DNA of 64,000 nucleotides. Source: Candidatus Latescibacterota bacterium. Lineage in GTDB: Bacteria; Krumholzibacteriota; Krumholzibacteriia; WVZY01; JAKEHA01. Where the stretch lies: NCBI GenBank assembly GCA_963707635.1, contig OY970173.1, positions 1,024,001-1,088,000 on the forward strand, in the 5' to 3' direction. Positions 18,779-28,980 of this stretch are shown piece after piece; the stretch's first letter is position 1; every line of letters starts with the position of its first letter. The notes beneath the pieces are model-generated. The model made no database searches and had not been told where the DNA came from. It was given only the letters and a program-made list of their open reading frames with translations. A program made the position numbers and the translations under genes.

Positions 18779-21076
18779 CTATTTCAACAGCAGTAACTTT
18801 CGCACACGGGAGGTGGCCCCGTCCACGGTCAATCTAACAAAATAGACACCGGTCGGGGACGGAGCGCCCCGGCCGTCGCGGCCGTCCCACCTGGATACGT
18901 ATGTTCCGGGGGATCTCGTTTCGTTGACCAGGGTCACGACGCGAGAGCCCGTGACCGAAAAGACCGCCAGCTCGACCCGCGCCGGCACTCCGCCCACCGC
19001 TCCTCCCACCACGAACGGGATCTGTGTGGTCGGATTGAACGGGTTTGGGTAGTTGGGCCCAATGTCGGTGCGGAATACCCGCGGCGCATCGGCGGCGGTC
19101 AGCGTCGCGACCACGCCGTCGCGCGTGTTGCTCCACCGGCTTGCGTGATCCTCCGCGTCGCGCGCGCGGACGCGGTAGCGCCATGTGCCGGTGGCGGCCG
19201 GGACGTAATCGTAGAGCGTATCCGTCACTCCACTCGCCAGTATGGAGACGCTCCCGCACCCGATCGCGAAGTCGATGTTGTCGACGCGAATTCCGGTTCC
19301 CACCGTCGCTTGATCGGTGACGTACGCGAAGCGCAACATGATTTCCTGACCCGCATACGCCGTGAGCGGAAAGATGGCGTCGACCCATCCATAGCTCGAG
19401 CCGGTGAACCCGTGCCCAAGGTTGTTCCCGGTCGGGTTCGCCGGGGTGGTGATGTTGCCCGCGATAGTCGTCCAGATTACGCCGCCGTTGGTGCTCACCT
19501 GCACGTAGCCGTAGTCGTAGTTCTGCTCGGTCAGGTAGTTCACGCTGAAGCGCAGCGAGTCGGTCGCCGCCTCGACCACGAACGGGCGGTCCATGGTGAG
19601 CGTGTGCATGATGCCGTTGCCGTTTCCGGCGTCGTAGCCTCCGCCGCTCAACCCGGAGGCGGTGTAGAAAAACCCGTTCGACGTCCATCCCGTCAAAGAC
19701 GGTGTGCACGTGTCGACGAAACGAAACGGGTTCAGGCACCCCTCGACGTCGTACGAGACGACCGGGTTGGGATCGGCCGGGTCGTTACCGGTCCACGAGA
19801 TCCGGGTGATGGCGTTCGCGTACGGGGACTGCAGCGCGTACTGCGAGGGCGGGTGAGGCGCCACCACACGGTAGGGGTTGTCGCCCCACTCGAGCAGCTT
19901 GAGGTTCATCGGGAGCAGCAGGTCGAATGTCGGCTGAATGAGCGATTCCGGCGGGCCGAAGCCGCCCTGCGCCTGGCTGTTCACCTCCGGCGTGAGCGCG
20001 AATATCTTTCCCTTGCTCGCCTGTTCGCCGTAGCCCCAGTCGTCGGAGTCGCCGTTGGTCCGATAGATCGCTCCCATGGCCGGGTTGCCGGTCAGGTATC
20101 CGTTCTCCCGGGCGAGCGTGTCCGCGAGCGCTGCGAACACCTCGTGATCCGGCGTGAAGGCGAAGGTGTAGCCCCACCCGTAGAGCAGGAGTTCGCCGTA
20201 GCTGTGGTACGAGAGCCAGGTGGTGAACTCGCGCGTGTTGACGAAGTCGCGGATACGCTGCGTCTCCGGTTCGGAGAACCCGCTGGTGCCACGGTAGGTC
20301 TCGCTCGACGTGCTCGGCGACGACCCGATGTTGTCGTAGCCCCACTGGTAGCCGTAATTCCGATTCAAGTCGACGCCGAAGGTCCCGTTGCCGTTGTTGC
20401 GCCGGTTCTTGCGCCACCAACCCGACCAGTGGCCGGCGTGGTTCTGCTGAACGTAGACGTGCCCGTCCGGGTTGACCATGGGCAGGAAGAAGATCTCGCG
20501 CGTGTCGATGTAGCGGGTGATGTCGGCGTCGACGCCGTAGTGCTCGAGCAGGTACTTCGCGAAGCGCAGCGGGATCTCGACGCTCATGAGCTCGCGCGCG
20601 TGGTGGTCGCCCATGTAGAGAATCTCCGGCTCGTTCTCGTCTATGGAGACGTTATCGGAGACCTTGAGCACGGTGAGGTTGCGGTTCTGGAGGCTTTTCC
20701 CGATGTGCACCGTATCCGCGATCGCGGGGTAGGTGGCCTCCAGGTACGCCAGGACCGATTCGGTCTCGGCGTAGGTGTGGTAGAGGCCCAGATTCGCGTC
20801 GATGATCATCGGCGGCGGCGCGAGCGGCTCGATCACGGAGACGGACACGGGATAGGGGCGCGACAGCAGGAAATCGAGCGCGGGGCCGTCGGCTAGGACA
20901 TCGACGCCGTGCCGGGTGAAGGCGAGGATCTCGATGCCGCGGGCCTGGAATTCCTCGAGCTGGACGGGTCCCTTATAGGGGACGGTGACGACGGCGGTCG
21001 CGCCGAAACCGGGCCTGACCGCCCCGGCCAGGCAGGAAGCGGCAAGAACGCCCGTGAGCCAGCGACGCGGGGCCAT
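18779..21076 (-). CDS. M14 zinc carboxypeptidase (carboxypeptidase T-like), immune-inhibitor-A/MAM-like beta domain, FlgD-Ig/T9SS-like CTD
   Basis: HHARE (HxxE), NPDG, WRKNR, GVDLNRNY, SEPET and SYHSYG; C-terminal NYPNPFNP...WDGRDGRG...GVYFVRL. Start MAPRRW at 21076 carries a signal peptide. Confidence 0.92.
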   Translation of the reverse strand: MAPRRWLTGVLAASCLAGAVRPGFGATAVVTVPYKGPVQLEEFQARGIEILAFTRHGVDVLADGPALDFLLSRPYPVSVSVIEPLAPPPMIIDANLGLYHTYAETESVLAYLEATYPAIADTVHIGKSLQNRNLTVLKVSDNVSIDENEPEILYMGDHHARELMSVEIPLRFAKYLLEHYGVDADITRYIDTREIFFLPMVNPDGHVYVQQNHAGHWSGWWRKNRRNNGNGTFGVDLNRNYGYQWGYDNIGSSPSTSSETYRGTSGFSEPETQRIRDFVNTREFTTWLSYHSYGELLLYGWGYTFAFTPDHEVFAALADTLARENGYLTGNPAMGAIYRTNGDSDDWGYGEQASKGKIFALTPEVNSQAQGGFGPPESLIQPTFDLLLPMNLKLLEWGDNPYRVVAPHPPSQYALQSPYANAITRISWTGNDPADPNPVVSYDVEGCLNPFRFVDTCTPSLTGWTSNGFFYTASGLSGGGYDAGNGNGIMHTLTMDRPFVVEAATDSLRFSVNYLTEQNYDYGYVQVSTNGGVIWTTIAGNITTPANPTGNNLGHGFTGSSYGWVDAIFPLTAYAGQEIMLRFAYVTDQATVGTGIRVDNIDFAIGCGSVSILASGVTDTLYDYVPAATGTWRYRVRARDAEDHASRWSNTRDGVVATLTAADAPRVFRTDIGPNYPNPFNPTTQIPFVVGGAVGGVPARVELAVFSVTGSRVVTLVNETRSPGTYVSRWDGRDGRGAPSPTGVYFVRLTVDGATSRVRKLLLLK

Positions 21077-21088
21077 GGCGTCATTATA
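21077..21088 (-). promoter_or_regulatory. Putative -10 element of a leaderless transcript
   Basis: Consensus TATAAT (21088-21083) 6 nt before ATG 21076, with no SD. Confidence 0.6.
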
Positions 21089-21187
21089 GCGGATACCGCG
21101 CGCGGCGGCCCCTGACAACGCTCGCCAGGGACCGGAATTCCGATGGTCGCAACGCACGGGGATCGCTAAACTTCAGGAAACGGCGTC

Positions 21188-22279
21188 ATGGAGAATCTCC
21201 TTAAGAAGCAGCTCGCCCAGATCAAATCCCGCGCCCTCGCGCTGGCGGGGCGCGCCGGCGGACCCGATCCAATCCCAGGGGCCGCCACCTCGACCGACCC
21301 GGGCCGCGAAATCATCGAGGCCGTTATTCAGACCGGCGCGGTTTTCCGTGGCGCGGATGCCGACCGGCTCCGGACGTCGCGCCGGTTTCCGTGGTGGTTT
21401 CGCCGGCGCCTGATTCACGAGCGCCAGTCGGGATTCGAAGGGGAATTCCAGCGCGTGCTGGAGGAGTTGGCCGACGGCGCTCCCCTTGAGTTCGAGCGCG
21501 CCATTCCCGGCGAGGTGCGCACCCTGGATGCGGCCGGCTATTACCTCGTGCGCCTGGCCGGCAACCAGATCGATCCGATTGCCGCGGCCGAGGCGGAGCG
21601 CCTGGCGTCGTTGTCCGTCTGGCCGGCAGACATCGTCCGCACCGTCGTGGGCGAGCGCCGCAACCGCGCGATCGTCGACCTGGCCGACGATGTCTCGCCG
21701 CCGTCCCTGCTGTTTCTCGATATCGAGACGGCCGGGCTCTCCGCCAATACGTACGTGTTTCTGTGCGGTCTGATGTACTGGGCGAACGGGGAGTTCGTCG
21801 TCGAGCAGGCGTTCGCGCGCGATTATGCCGAAGAGGAAGGCCTGCTTCGCCACGTGCGGGCCGCCATCGATCGCTTCGGCACCGTGGTCACCTATAACGG
21901 GGCCAGCTTCGACATCCCATTTCTACGCACGCGCATGGCGGTGCACCGCGTGCCCGACATCGAGCCGGTCGGGTCGGTGGACCTGCTGCACTCGTCGCGG
22001 CGAATGTTCCGCGGCGTGCTTCCAAACTGCCGGCTGGTCACCGTCGAGCGGCATCTGCGCGGAGTCGACCGCGTCGATGACATCCCGAGCCGGTACATCC
22101 CGCGCGCGTACCACGAGTTCGTTCGCAGCCGGGACGCGCGCATCATGCGCAACGTCGTCTACCACAACCGCATGGATCTGTTCACCATGGCGGTGATCCT
22201 GAACCACTTCGCGGGTTCGCCCGCTGACGACGATGTGACCCGCGGGGGAAGGGTTCCTGGACCGGTACAGCGGCCTTGA
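21188..22279 (+). CDS. RNase H-like DEDD exonuclease (YprB/MrfB-like)
   Basis: FLDIETAGLS, VTYNGASFDIPFL, DLLH and YHNRMDL motifs; a DUF1998 helicase lies 2.6 kb downstream. Confidence 0.85.
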   Translation: MENLLKKQLAQIKSRALALAGRAGGPDPIPGAATSTDPGREIIEAVIQTGAVFRGADADRLRTSRRFPWWFRRRLIHERQSGFEGEFQRVLEELADGAPLEFERAIPGEVRTLDAAGYYLVRLAGNQIDPIAAAEAERLASLSVWPADIVRTVVGERRNRAIVDLADDVSPPSLLFLDIETAGLSANTYVFLCGLMYWANGEFVVEQAFARDYAEEEGLLRHVRAAIDRFGTVVTYNGASFDIPFLRTRMAVHRVPDIEPVGSVDLLHSSRRMFRGVLPNCRLVTVERHLRGVDRVDDIPSRYIPRAYHEFVRSRDARIMRNVVYHNRMDLFTMAVILNHFAGSPADDDVTRGGRVPGPVQRP

Positions 22280-22961
22280 TTCCGCCCCACGTGCTGTTGG
22301 CCACCGGCAGCGACCCGCCCGAAACCTCCACGTGGACGTTCTCGATCGCCCACGACTCGTCGGTTCCGCCCTGCCACTGAAGCGCGGCCGGCCCCGACAC
22401 CGCGCTCAATTTCCAGACGACGGTCAGCGTGCTCGCCGTGTGCGGGATCAGCATGAACGCAGGCTCGACCGCCATGTTGTAGGCCCGGTCGCGACCCCAG
22501 TAACCGCCGTTCGTGAACCCGAGATTGGTACCGGAGCTCAAGAGCCCTCCGGCCGGCGCCACGTAGCTGGACGCGTCTCCGGTGGCGAGCTGGAACCAAT
22601 GGTTGAACAGGAGATTGCCATCGACCGTTACCTGGAAGAGCTCTGTGCCGTCCCACGAGTCGATCACCCCGAGCAGGAAACCGAGGCTCACGTAGGTGTG
22701 GGCAGGGAGGCCGGTGAGCGTCAGCTGGGTATCCAGTAGGGGCACGCTCGTGTAGTGCAGGAACTTACCAGCGAACTGGTTCCCCAGGGGACCGAGCCCC
22801 GCGTAGCCCTGGACTCCGTCGAGAACCGCGCCCGGGGCCGACATCTCCGCCGGGAGGCCGCTCTCGAAGTCGGTATAGAAGACGGTCTGCGCGCCCGCTG
22901 CCCCCGCGAACAGGGCGACGGCGAACACGGCAATCCCGATGCGGGCAATGGCACTGGTCAT
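22182..22961 (-). CDS. Secreted beta-sandwich protein with C-terminal STWGGIKA(LYR)-like motif; 3' end uncertain
   Basis: GAAAGGA RBS before ATG 22961; signal MTSAIARIGIAVFAVALFAGAAGA; LPVANSTWGGIK at ~22275-22310. The true stop is probably near 22260. Confidence 0.8.
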   Translation of the reverse strand: MTSAIARIGIAVFAVALFAGAAGAQTVFYTDFESGLPAEMSAPGAVLDGVQGYAGLGPLGNQFAGKFLHYTSVPLLDTQLTLTGLPAHTYVSLGFLLGVIDSWDGTELFQVTVDGNLLFNHWFQLATGDASSYVAPAGGLLSSGTNLGFTNGGYWGRDRAYNMAVEPAFMLIPHTASTLTVVWKLSAVSGPAALQWQGGTDESWAIENVHVEVSGGSLPVANSTWGGIKAAVPVQEPFPRGSHRRQRANPRSGSGSPPW

Positions 22962-23146
22962 GGTTCGGTTCCTTTCTCGTTCGGAGCCTCGGTGGCTCCA
23001 GCCGGTGAGCGTGGATCTGGCTTCGGAGATAGGACGGGGAGACCGCACGGGAATCACGGGCGAGGCGCGAAAAAAGGACATCTTGTGGCGTCACCATGGG
23101 TGATACCATCGCGGCGCGCACCTGCCTCACCCACCTCCCGACAATC

Positions 23147-24082
23147 ATGCAATTCAGCCGTTCTCAAACTGTCGCAATCCTGGCAAGGGTGTGGCTGTCG
23201 GCCCTTCCCCTCGCGGGCGTGTCGGTGGCTCGTGCGCAGCAGATCGAGCCGCGCGCGTATTCGAATGCGCCCGTGGGCGTCAATTTCGCCCTGGCCACCT
23301 ACGGCTTTGCCGACGGTTCGGTAGTAGTCGACCCGTCCGTGCCGCTGGAGAATGCGAATCTCCAGATGCACGTAACCGGCGTTGCCTACGTGCGCACGCT
23401 CGGCCTCTGGGGGCTGTCCACCAAGGCCAACGTAGTCCTGCCGTTCGCGTGGCTCTCTGGAACGGCGGAGCTGGCGGGCGAGCCCGTGCAGAGGGAAGTC
23501 TCGGGTTTGGGCGACGTCGGACTGCGCGTGTCCGTCAACCTGTTCGGGGCGCCCGCACTCCTGCCCGGGGAGTTCGCGTCCTATCGCCAGCGCGCGATCA
23601 TCGGCGCCAGCCTCAACGTCTCGGTTCCCACCGGCCAGTACGACTCCGACCGCCTCGTCAACATCGGCACCAACCGCTGGCTCGTGAAGCCGGAGCTCGG
23701 GGTGTCGCGCGCCCTGGGTCTGTGGACGCTGGAACTCGCCGTGGCGGCTTCCTTGTTCGGGAAGAATGACGAGTTCATGGGCGGCCAGACGCGCGAGCAA
23801 GCCCCGCTCTATTCGGTTCAGGGGGGCGTCATCTACAACTTCCCGCACGCGATCTGGGCGGCGCTAAACGGCACGTATTACACCGGAGGCCGCACGACCG
23901 TCGATGGCGTCGAAGGCGACGACCAGCAGGAGAACAGCCGCGCGGGACTCACGGTCACGTTTCCCGCATCCCGGAGACATTCGGTCAAGCTATTCGCCAG
24001 TACCGGGGTATCGACGCGCACCGGAGGCAACTACGACCTGTTCAGTGTTGCCTGGCAGTACCGGTGGGGTGGTGGGCTCTAG
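23147..24082 (+). CDS. Outer-membrane beta-barrel 'transporter' (Phenol_MetA_deg/SphA-like)
   Basis: Signal peptide; QIEPRAYSNAPVG, SGLGD, PTGQYDSDRLVNIGTNRW; ends AWQYRW. Start uncertain (23096 or 23147). Confidence 0.8.
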   Translation: MQFSRSQTVAILARVWLSALPLAGVSVARAQQIEPRAYSNAPVGVNFALATYGFADGSVVVDPSVPLENANLQMHVTGVAYVRTLGLWGLSTKANVVLPFAWLSGTAELAGEPVQREVSGLGDVGLRVSVNLFGAPALLPGEFASYRQRAIIGASLNVSVPTGQYDSDRLVNIGTNRWLVKPELGVSRALGLWTLELAVAASLFGKNDEFMGGQTREQAPLYSVQGGVIYNFPHAIWAALNGTYYTGGRTTVDGVEGDDQQENSRAGLTVTFPASRRHSVKLFASTGVSTRTGGNYDLFSVAWQYRWGGGL

Positions 24083-24185
24083 CGCGCAACCGGGAACAGA
24101 CTGGCAACGGCGTGGGTGTGGGGTTACACTTGCCCGTCGCACGATCTTCGATGTGCACACACGTTTCAGACCGGGAGGTCTTGCC

Positions 24186-24854
24186 TTGAAATTACATCTA
24201 ACGATGGGGGCCGCGCTGGTTGCGTGCGTGGCATCGGTCGCGTCCGCGCAAACGCTCACTACCACGAGCAGCTCTTCGGGTTCGCTGCCGGCGCACCGCG
24301 GGGAACTCATCCCCCTCGGCGGCTACGCGTGGACCATGGGGTTCGATGTCTATACGGGTCTCTCTTACGGCACGATCGATCTGAAGGACGCAGGCTTCTT
24401 CGGCGCAGCGATCGACGTGAACACTCAAAAGAGCGCGTCGGGAAAGACCGCGCAGATCCGGTTGTTGTATCGACGCTCCAACACCACCGCGCAATTCCGT
24501 TCCGTAACGCTGGCGCAGCCATTCGAATCGGACGTTTCCGTGGAGTACTGGCACATCGGCGGCCTGGCCGGTGTCCCGCGGGGCAACGTGATGCCGTACG
24601 CCACGTTTACGGTTGGCGGCACGCGCCTGGTCGCCGAAGGCGACGACACGTGGAAGTTCTCGACCATGCTGGGGCTCGGCGTGAAGCTCTACAAGTCCCC
24701 GAAGGTCGGCCTGATGATCCAGGGCACTTGGCCGTTCACCTTCATGGAGACGTGGGGCGGGGTCACGGTCGGAACCGGCGGGGCCGGCGTGTCTCTCGGC
24801 GGGACGGGGATATCGCAGCTCGACGTGGGCGGCGGACTGATGATCAACTTCTAG
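24186..24854 (+). CDS. Small outer-membrane beta-barrel protein (OmpA/OmpW-like)
   Basis: GGAGG then TTG 24186; signal ending ASA-Q; amphipathic strands; C-terminal Phe (GGGLMINF). Confidence 0.75.
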   Translation: MKLHLTMGAALVACVASVASAQTLTTTSSSSGSLPAHRGELIPLGGYAWTMGFDVYTGLSYGTIDLKDAGFFGAAIDVNTQKSASGKTAQIRLLYRRSNTTAQFRSVTLAQPFESDVSVEYWHIGGLAGVPRGNVMPYATFTVGGTRLVAEGDDTWKFSTMLGLGVKLYKSPKVGLMIQGTWPFTFMETWGGVTVGTGGAGVSLGGTGISQLDVGGGLMINF

Positions 24855-24905
24855 ACCGGCGGGCCCGGACGCGACGGGCGAGCCGGTGATACGGGATGGG
24901 TTGCG

Positions 24906-27497
24906 ATGAACGTCGAGAAGTTTCTCAAGCACGTCGAGACGTCGGACTGGTACGACGGTCAGATTGTCCGGGTGGAACGCCTGCCGGAGCGCCCCGCGCG
25001 TTTTGCTCCGCTCGACCCGCCCGTGACCCCGCGCGTCGCGGCAGTGATCGGCGCGGACGGAATCGAGAAGCTCTACACCCACCAGGCCGAAGCGATCGCC
25101 CGCGCGCGCGCCGGCGAACACGTGGTGGTCGTCACCGGAACCGCGAGCGGTAAGACGCTGTGCTATAACGTGCCGGTGCTGGAGTCGATCCTCGACGACC
25201 CCGCCTCGTGCGCGCTCTATCTGTATCCGACCAAGGCGCTGGCGCAGGACCAGCTGCGCACGCTGACGCGCTATCTCGAAGCGGACGCGGCGCTGCCGCT
25301 GGTCTGCGGAACCTACGACGGTGACACGCCGCCCAACGCGCGCCGCAAGCTCAAGAACGACGCCAACGTGCTCCTCACCAACCCCGACATGCTGCACTCG
25401 GGGATTCTCCCCAATCATGGAACGTGGGCGCGCTTTCTCGCGAAACTCAAGTACGTGGTGGTCGACGAGGTCCACACCTACCGGGGGACGTTCGGCTCCA
25501 ACGTGGCCCACGTGCTCGGGCGGCTCAATCGCATCTGCGAGCACTACGGCGCGAGACCCACGTTCATCGGCAGCTCGGCGACGATTCGCAATCCCAAGGA
25601 ACTCGCGGAGAAGCTGACCGGCCGGCCCATGAGCGTGGTCGACAACGACGGCGCGCCGCGCGGCCCGAAGGCGTTCGTCATCTGGAACCCGCCGTTTTTC
25701 GGGGACGACCGGGTGGAGCGCAAGAGCGCCAACGTGGAAGCGGCGCGAATCCTCGCCGAACTGGTGGCGGGCGACCACCAGGCGATCACCTTCGTCCGCG
25801 CGCGCGTGGTGAGCGAGATCATCGCGCGCTACGCGCAGGAGTTCGTCTCGAAGGTGTCACCCTCGCGCGCGAAGCTGATCCGATCATACCGCGGCGGTTA
25901 CCTTCCCGAAGAGCGGCGCCAGATCGAGCGCGCGCTCTTCGCCGGCGACCTCAAGGGCGTGGTCAGCACCAACGCGCTGGAGCTGGGGATCGACATCGGC
26001 ACCATGGAAGCGGCGTTGCTGGTGGGGTACCCGGGTTCGATCGCGTCGACGTGGCAGCAGGCGGGCCGCGCGGGGCGCGGCGCCGAACCCTCGCTGGTGG
26101 TATTGCTCCCGTACGATTCGCCCATCGATCAGTACCTGGCGCGTCACCCCGACTATTTCTTCGGACGCTCGCCGGAAAACGCGGTCGTCGACCCGTTCAA
26201 CGCGCACATCGTGCTGTCGCACGTGCGCGCGGCGGCCTTCGAGCTGCCGGTGCGCAAGGAAGACTGGACGCAGTTCGGCGACGCGTGCGGCCCGATCCTG
26301 AAGTTGCTCGAAGAGGACCGGCAGGTGCGCCAGCAGGGCGGGCAGTTCTTCTGGAGCGGTCCCAATTACCCGAGCGCGGACGTGAGCCTGCGCAACATCG
26401 GCGACGACGTGTATACCATCATTATAGGAACGTCGGCGGCGATGGCGGCGGAAGGACTGAGCGCGCTGGTGAAGTCGTCGCGTGTGATCGGCACCATCGA
26501 CGAATCGGGCGCCTTCCAGCAGCTCCATCCGCAGGCGATCTACATCCACCACGGCGAGACCTACTTCGTCAACGAGCTGGACGTGCGCAAGAAGATCGCG
26601 TGGGTGCAGAAGGAGGACACCGACTACTACACCCAGTCGATCACCGAGACCAAGATCAAGATCGAGAAGGAGGAGCTGCACAAGAGCGCGGGTGGCGCTG
26701 AGACGGGGTCCCCGTCGAGCGAAGCCGACGGGGTGGCGAAGCGACAGGACCCGCGTAGCCGCGACCAAATGCGCGGAACCACGGCCGAGGTCTACTGGGG
26801 CGACCTCTCGGTCACGTCGGTGACGTACATGTTCAAGAAGATCAAGTTCGGCAGCCGCGATTCGCTCGGCTTCGGCGCGCTCGACCTTCCCGCCCAGACT
26901 CTCGACACCACCGGCATGTGGCTCCTGCCGCACCCGTCCGCCTACGTGCTCGCGAAAGCCTCCGGGCGCGTGCCGCGCGAGGGGCTCCTCGGCATTTCGA
27001 ACCTGATCCGTGAAGTGATCCCGCTCTACGCGATGTGCGACACCATGGACATCGGCGCGTCGGTGGATTCGTCGGCGGCGAACGCACCCGGGATTTTCGT
27101 GCACGATCGTTTTCCCGGCGGTCTGGGGTTCGCGCTCAAGGCCTACGAGCTGATCGACGAGATCCTGGCGGCGTGCGTCGAGCTGATCGACCACTGCGCG
27201 TGCCACGACGGTTGCCCGTCGTGCGTGGGCTCACCGCTCCCGCCGTATTCGCACCTCGACCCAGACGTCAACGCGCGCGGGCTGATCCCGGACAAGCAGG
27301 CGGCGAAGTCGATTCTCCACCACCTGCTGGGTCGCGACCCGTACCAGCCGTCCGTGCGGGCGAGCGCCGGGAGCGCGGAAGTGGCGCGGGAAGAGGAGGA
27401 GCTGCGCAAGCTCGTCGATGCGACGCAACTTCCGGTCACGCTCGAAAAGAAGCTGCGCCAGCGCGTTGACAGGCTGCGGCACCGGCGACCGTTCTAG
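24906..27497 (+). CDS. SF2 DEAH helicase with DUF1998 (YprA/MrfA/Hrq1-like)
   Basis: LYTHQ, TGTASGKT, YPTKALAQDQ, DEVH, SAT, TNALELGIDIG and QQAGRAGR; C-terminal CACHDGCPSC. Confidence 0.93.
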   Translation: MNVEKFLKHVETSDWYDGQIVRVERLPERPARFAPLDPPVTPRVAAVIGADGIEKLYTHQAEAIARARAGEHVVVVTGTASGKTLCYNVPVLESILDDPASCALYLYPTKALAQDQLRTLTRYLEADAALPLVCGTYDGDTPPNARRKLKNDANVLLTNPDMLHSGILPNHGTWARFLAKLKYVVVDEVHTYRGTFGSNVAHVLGRLNRICEHYGARPTFIGSSATIRNPKELAEKLTGRPMSVVDNDGAPRGPKAFVIWNPPFFGDDRVERKSANVEAARILAELVAGDHQAITFVRARVVSEIIARYAQEFVSKVSPSRAKLIRSYRGGYLPEERRQIERALFAGDLKGVVSTNALELGIDIGTMEAALLVGYPGSIASTWQQAGRAGRGAEPSLVVLLPYDSPIDQYLARHPDYFFGRSPENAVVDPFNAHIVLSHVRAAAFELPVRKEDWTQFGDACGPILKLLEEDRQVRQQGGQFFWSGPNYPSADVSLRNIGDDVYTIIIGTSAAMAAEGLSALVKSSRVIGTIDESGAFQQLHPQAIYIHHGETYFVNELDVRKKIAWVQKEDTDYYTQSITETKIKIEKEELHKSAGGAETGSPSSEADGVAKRQDPRSRDQMRGTTAEVYWGDLSVTSVTYMFKKIKFGSRDSLGFGALDLPAQTLDTTGMWLLPHPSAYVLAKASGRVPREGLLGISNLIREVIPLYAMCDTMDIGASVDSSAANAPGIFVHDRFPGGLGFALKAYELIDEILAACVELIDHCACHDGCPSCVGSPLPPYSHLDPDVNARGLIPDKQAAKSILHHLLGRDPYQPSVRASAGSAEVAREEEELRKLVDATQLPVTLEKKLRQRVDRLRHRRPF

Positions 27498-27584
27498 GGA
27501 TCCACCCACGAACAAAGCGTTACTTTAGTAGTGGAGGGGATGGTATTATATTCCCGGTGGGTGAAACGCAGGCCGGGAGGCTGC

Positions 27585-28980
27585 ATGAGCGTCAGAAGCA
27601 TCCTTCGTGACACAGCAGGCTGGGTTGGGCTGGTGCTGTGCGCCACCACCGGCTGCGAGCGCGATACATCCGGACTGGAACCGTTTCCGCTGTCCACCGA
27701 TCCGGTCGTTTTCACCGACCAGCTGGCCGAGGGAGTAGACTTTCAGGCTTTCATGAATTCCAAGTACGACGCGATCACCGTGGTGACCGACGAGAAGTAC
27801 AGCGGCACCGCATCCCTGAAGGTCGTCGTACCCGGACCGAACGATCCCACCGGCTGGTTCGCCGGAGGCGCGTTCACTTCCAGTGACTACCGGGATCTAT
27901 CCGGATACAACGCGGTGGTGTTCTACGCCAGGGCGGCCAAGAACGGAGTGACGCTCAACGTGGCCGGGCTGGGCAACGACAACACCGGGACCTCGAAGTT
28001 CGAGGCGAGCTCGGCCAACCTCCCCCTGACCACCACGTGGCAGCGGTACGTCGTCCCCATTCCCCTGCCGGAGAAACTCTCCTCCGAGCGGGGACTGCTC
28101 TACTTCGCGGAGGGCTTCGAGAACAACGAGGGCTACGAATTCTGGCTCGACGAAATCGCGTTCACGTATCTGGAGAGCATCACGAATCCGCGTCCGGCCA
28201 TCGTGACCAAGACGGTGGGCGCTTTCGCAGGCGCGACGGTCGACCCCGGCCAGGGGAGCACGACCTTCTCCATCGGGGGCACCGACCAGGTCGTCTCCCA
28301 TATGCCCGGATACTTCTCCTTCTTCTCGTCGGCCGACAGCGTGGTCGTCGTCTCGGACGGAGTGATCAGGGTCGTGGGCGAAGGTGAGGCCGACGTCACG
28401 GCCCGGCTCGGGAGCGTGGATGCCACCGGGACCATCACGGTACGGGGCAGCGCCGCGCCCGTCACGGCCGCGCCGAGGCCCACGGTTCCCGCGGCCAACG
28501 TCATTTCGCTCTTCAGCAACGCCTATGCAAATGTCCCGGTCGACACGTGGTGGGCGGAGTGGTCGCACAACTATTCGAGCTTCACGGACTACAAAGTGGC
28601 GGGCGACGACGTGAAGGCCTATACGAACCTGCAGTATGCCGGCATCGAGTTTGCGTCGCAGACGATCGACGCCACCTCGATGACCCATTTCCATGTCGAT
28701 GTCTGGGTGCCCGCCGGCACGATTCTCTTCCGGGTGAAACTCGTCGATTTCGGGGACGACGGTACTTACCAGGGCGCTCCTGACAGCGAGCGCGAGTTGA
28801 CGTATTCGATCTACGACCCTCGAGCCCCTGCTGACCGGAACCTGGTTCGGTCTGGAGATTCCGATTGAGAACTTCATGAACGGTCCCAACGGGTTGTTTC
28901 AGCGCGCGCATCTAGCGCAGCTGATCGTCTCCGGCACCGGGAATACGGCGTTCATCGACAATGTGTACTTCCACAATTAG
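27585..28980 (+). CDS. Putative lipoprotein with CBM/Ig-like carbohydrate-binding domains (frameshift ~28820)
   Basis: GGAGG RBS; lipobox-like TTG-C; RDLSGYNAVVFY, AAPRPTVPAANVISLFSNAY and IDATSMTHFHVDVW; natural end FIDNVYFHN* at 28980. Confidence 0.75.

Noticed and set aside
24906..27497. DISARM DrmA/B or Druantia defence helicase
   Set aside because: No methylase, PLD or other defence genes nearby; the single-chain helicase plus DUF1998 with a YprB-like neighbour fits MrfA-type repair.
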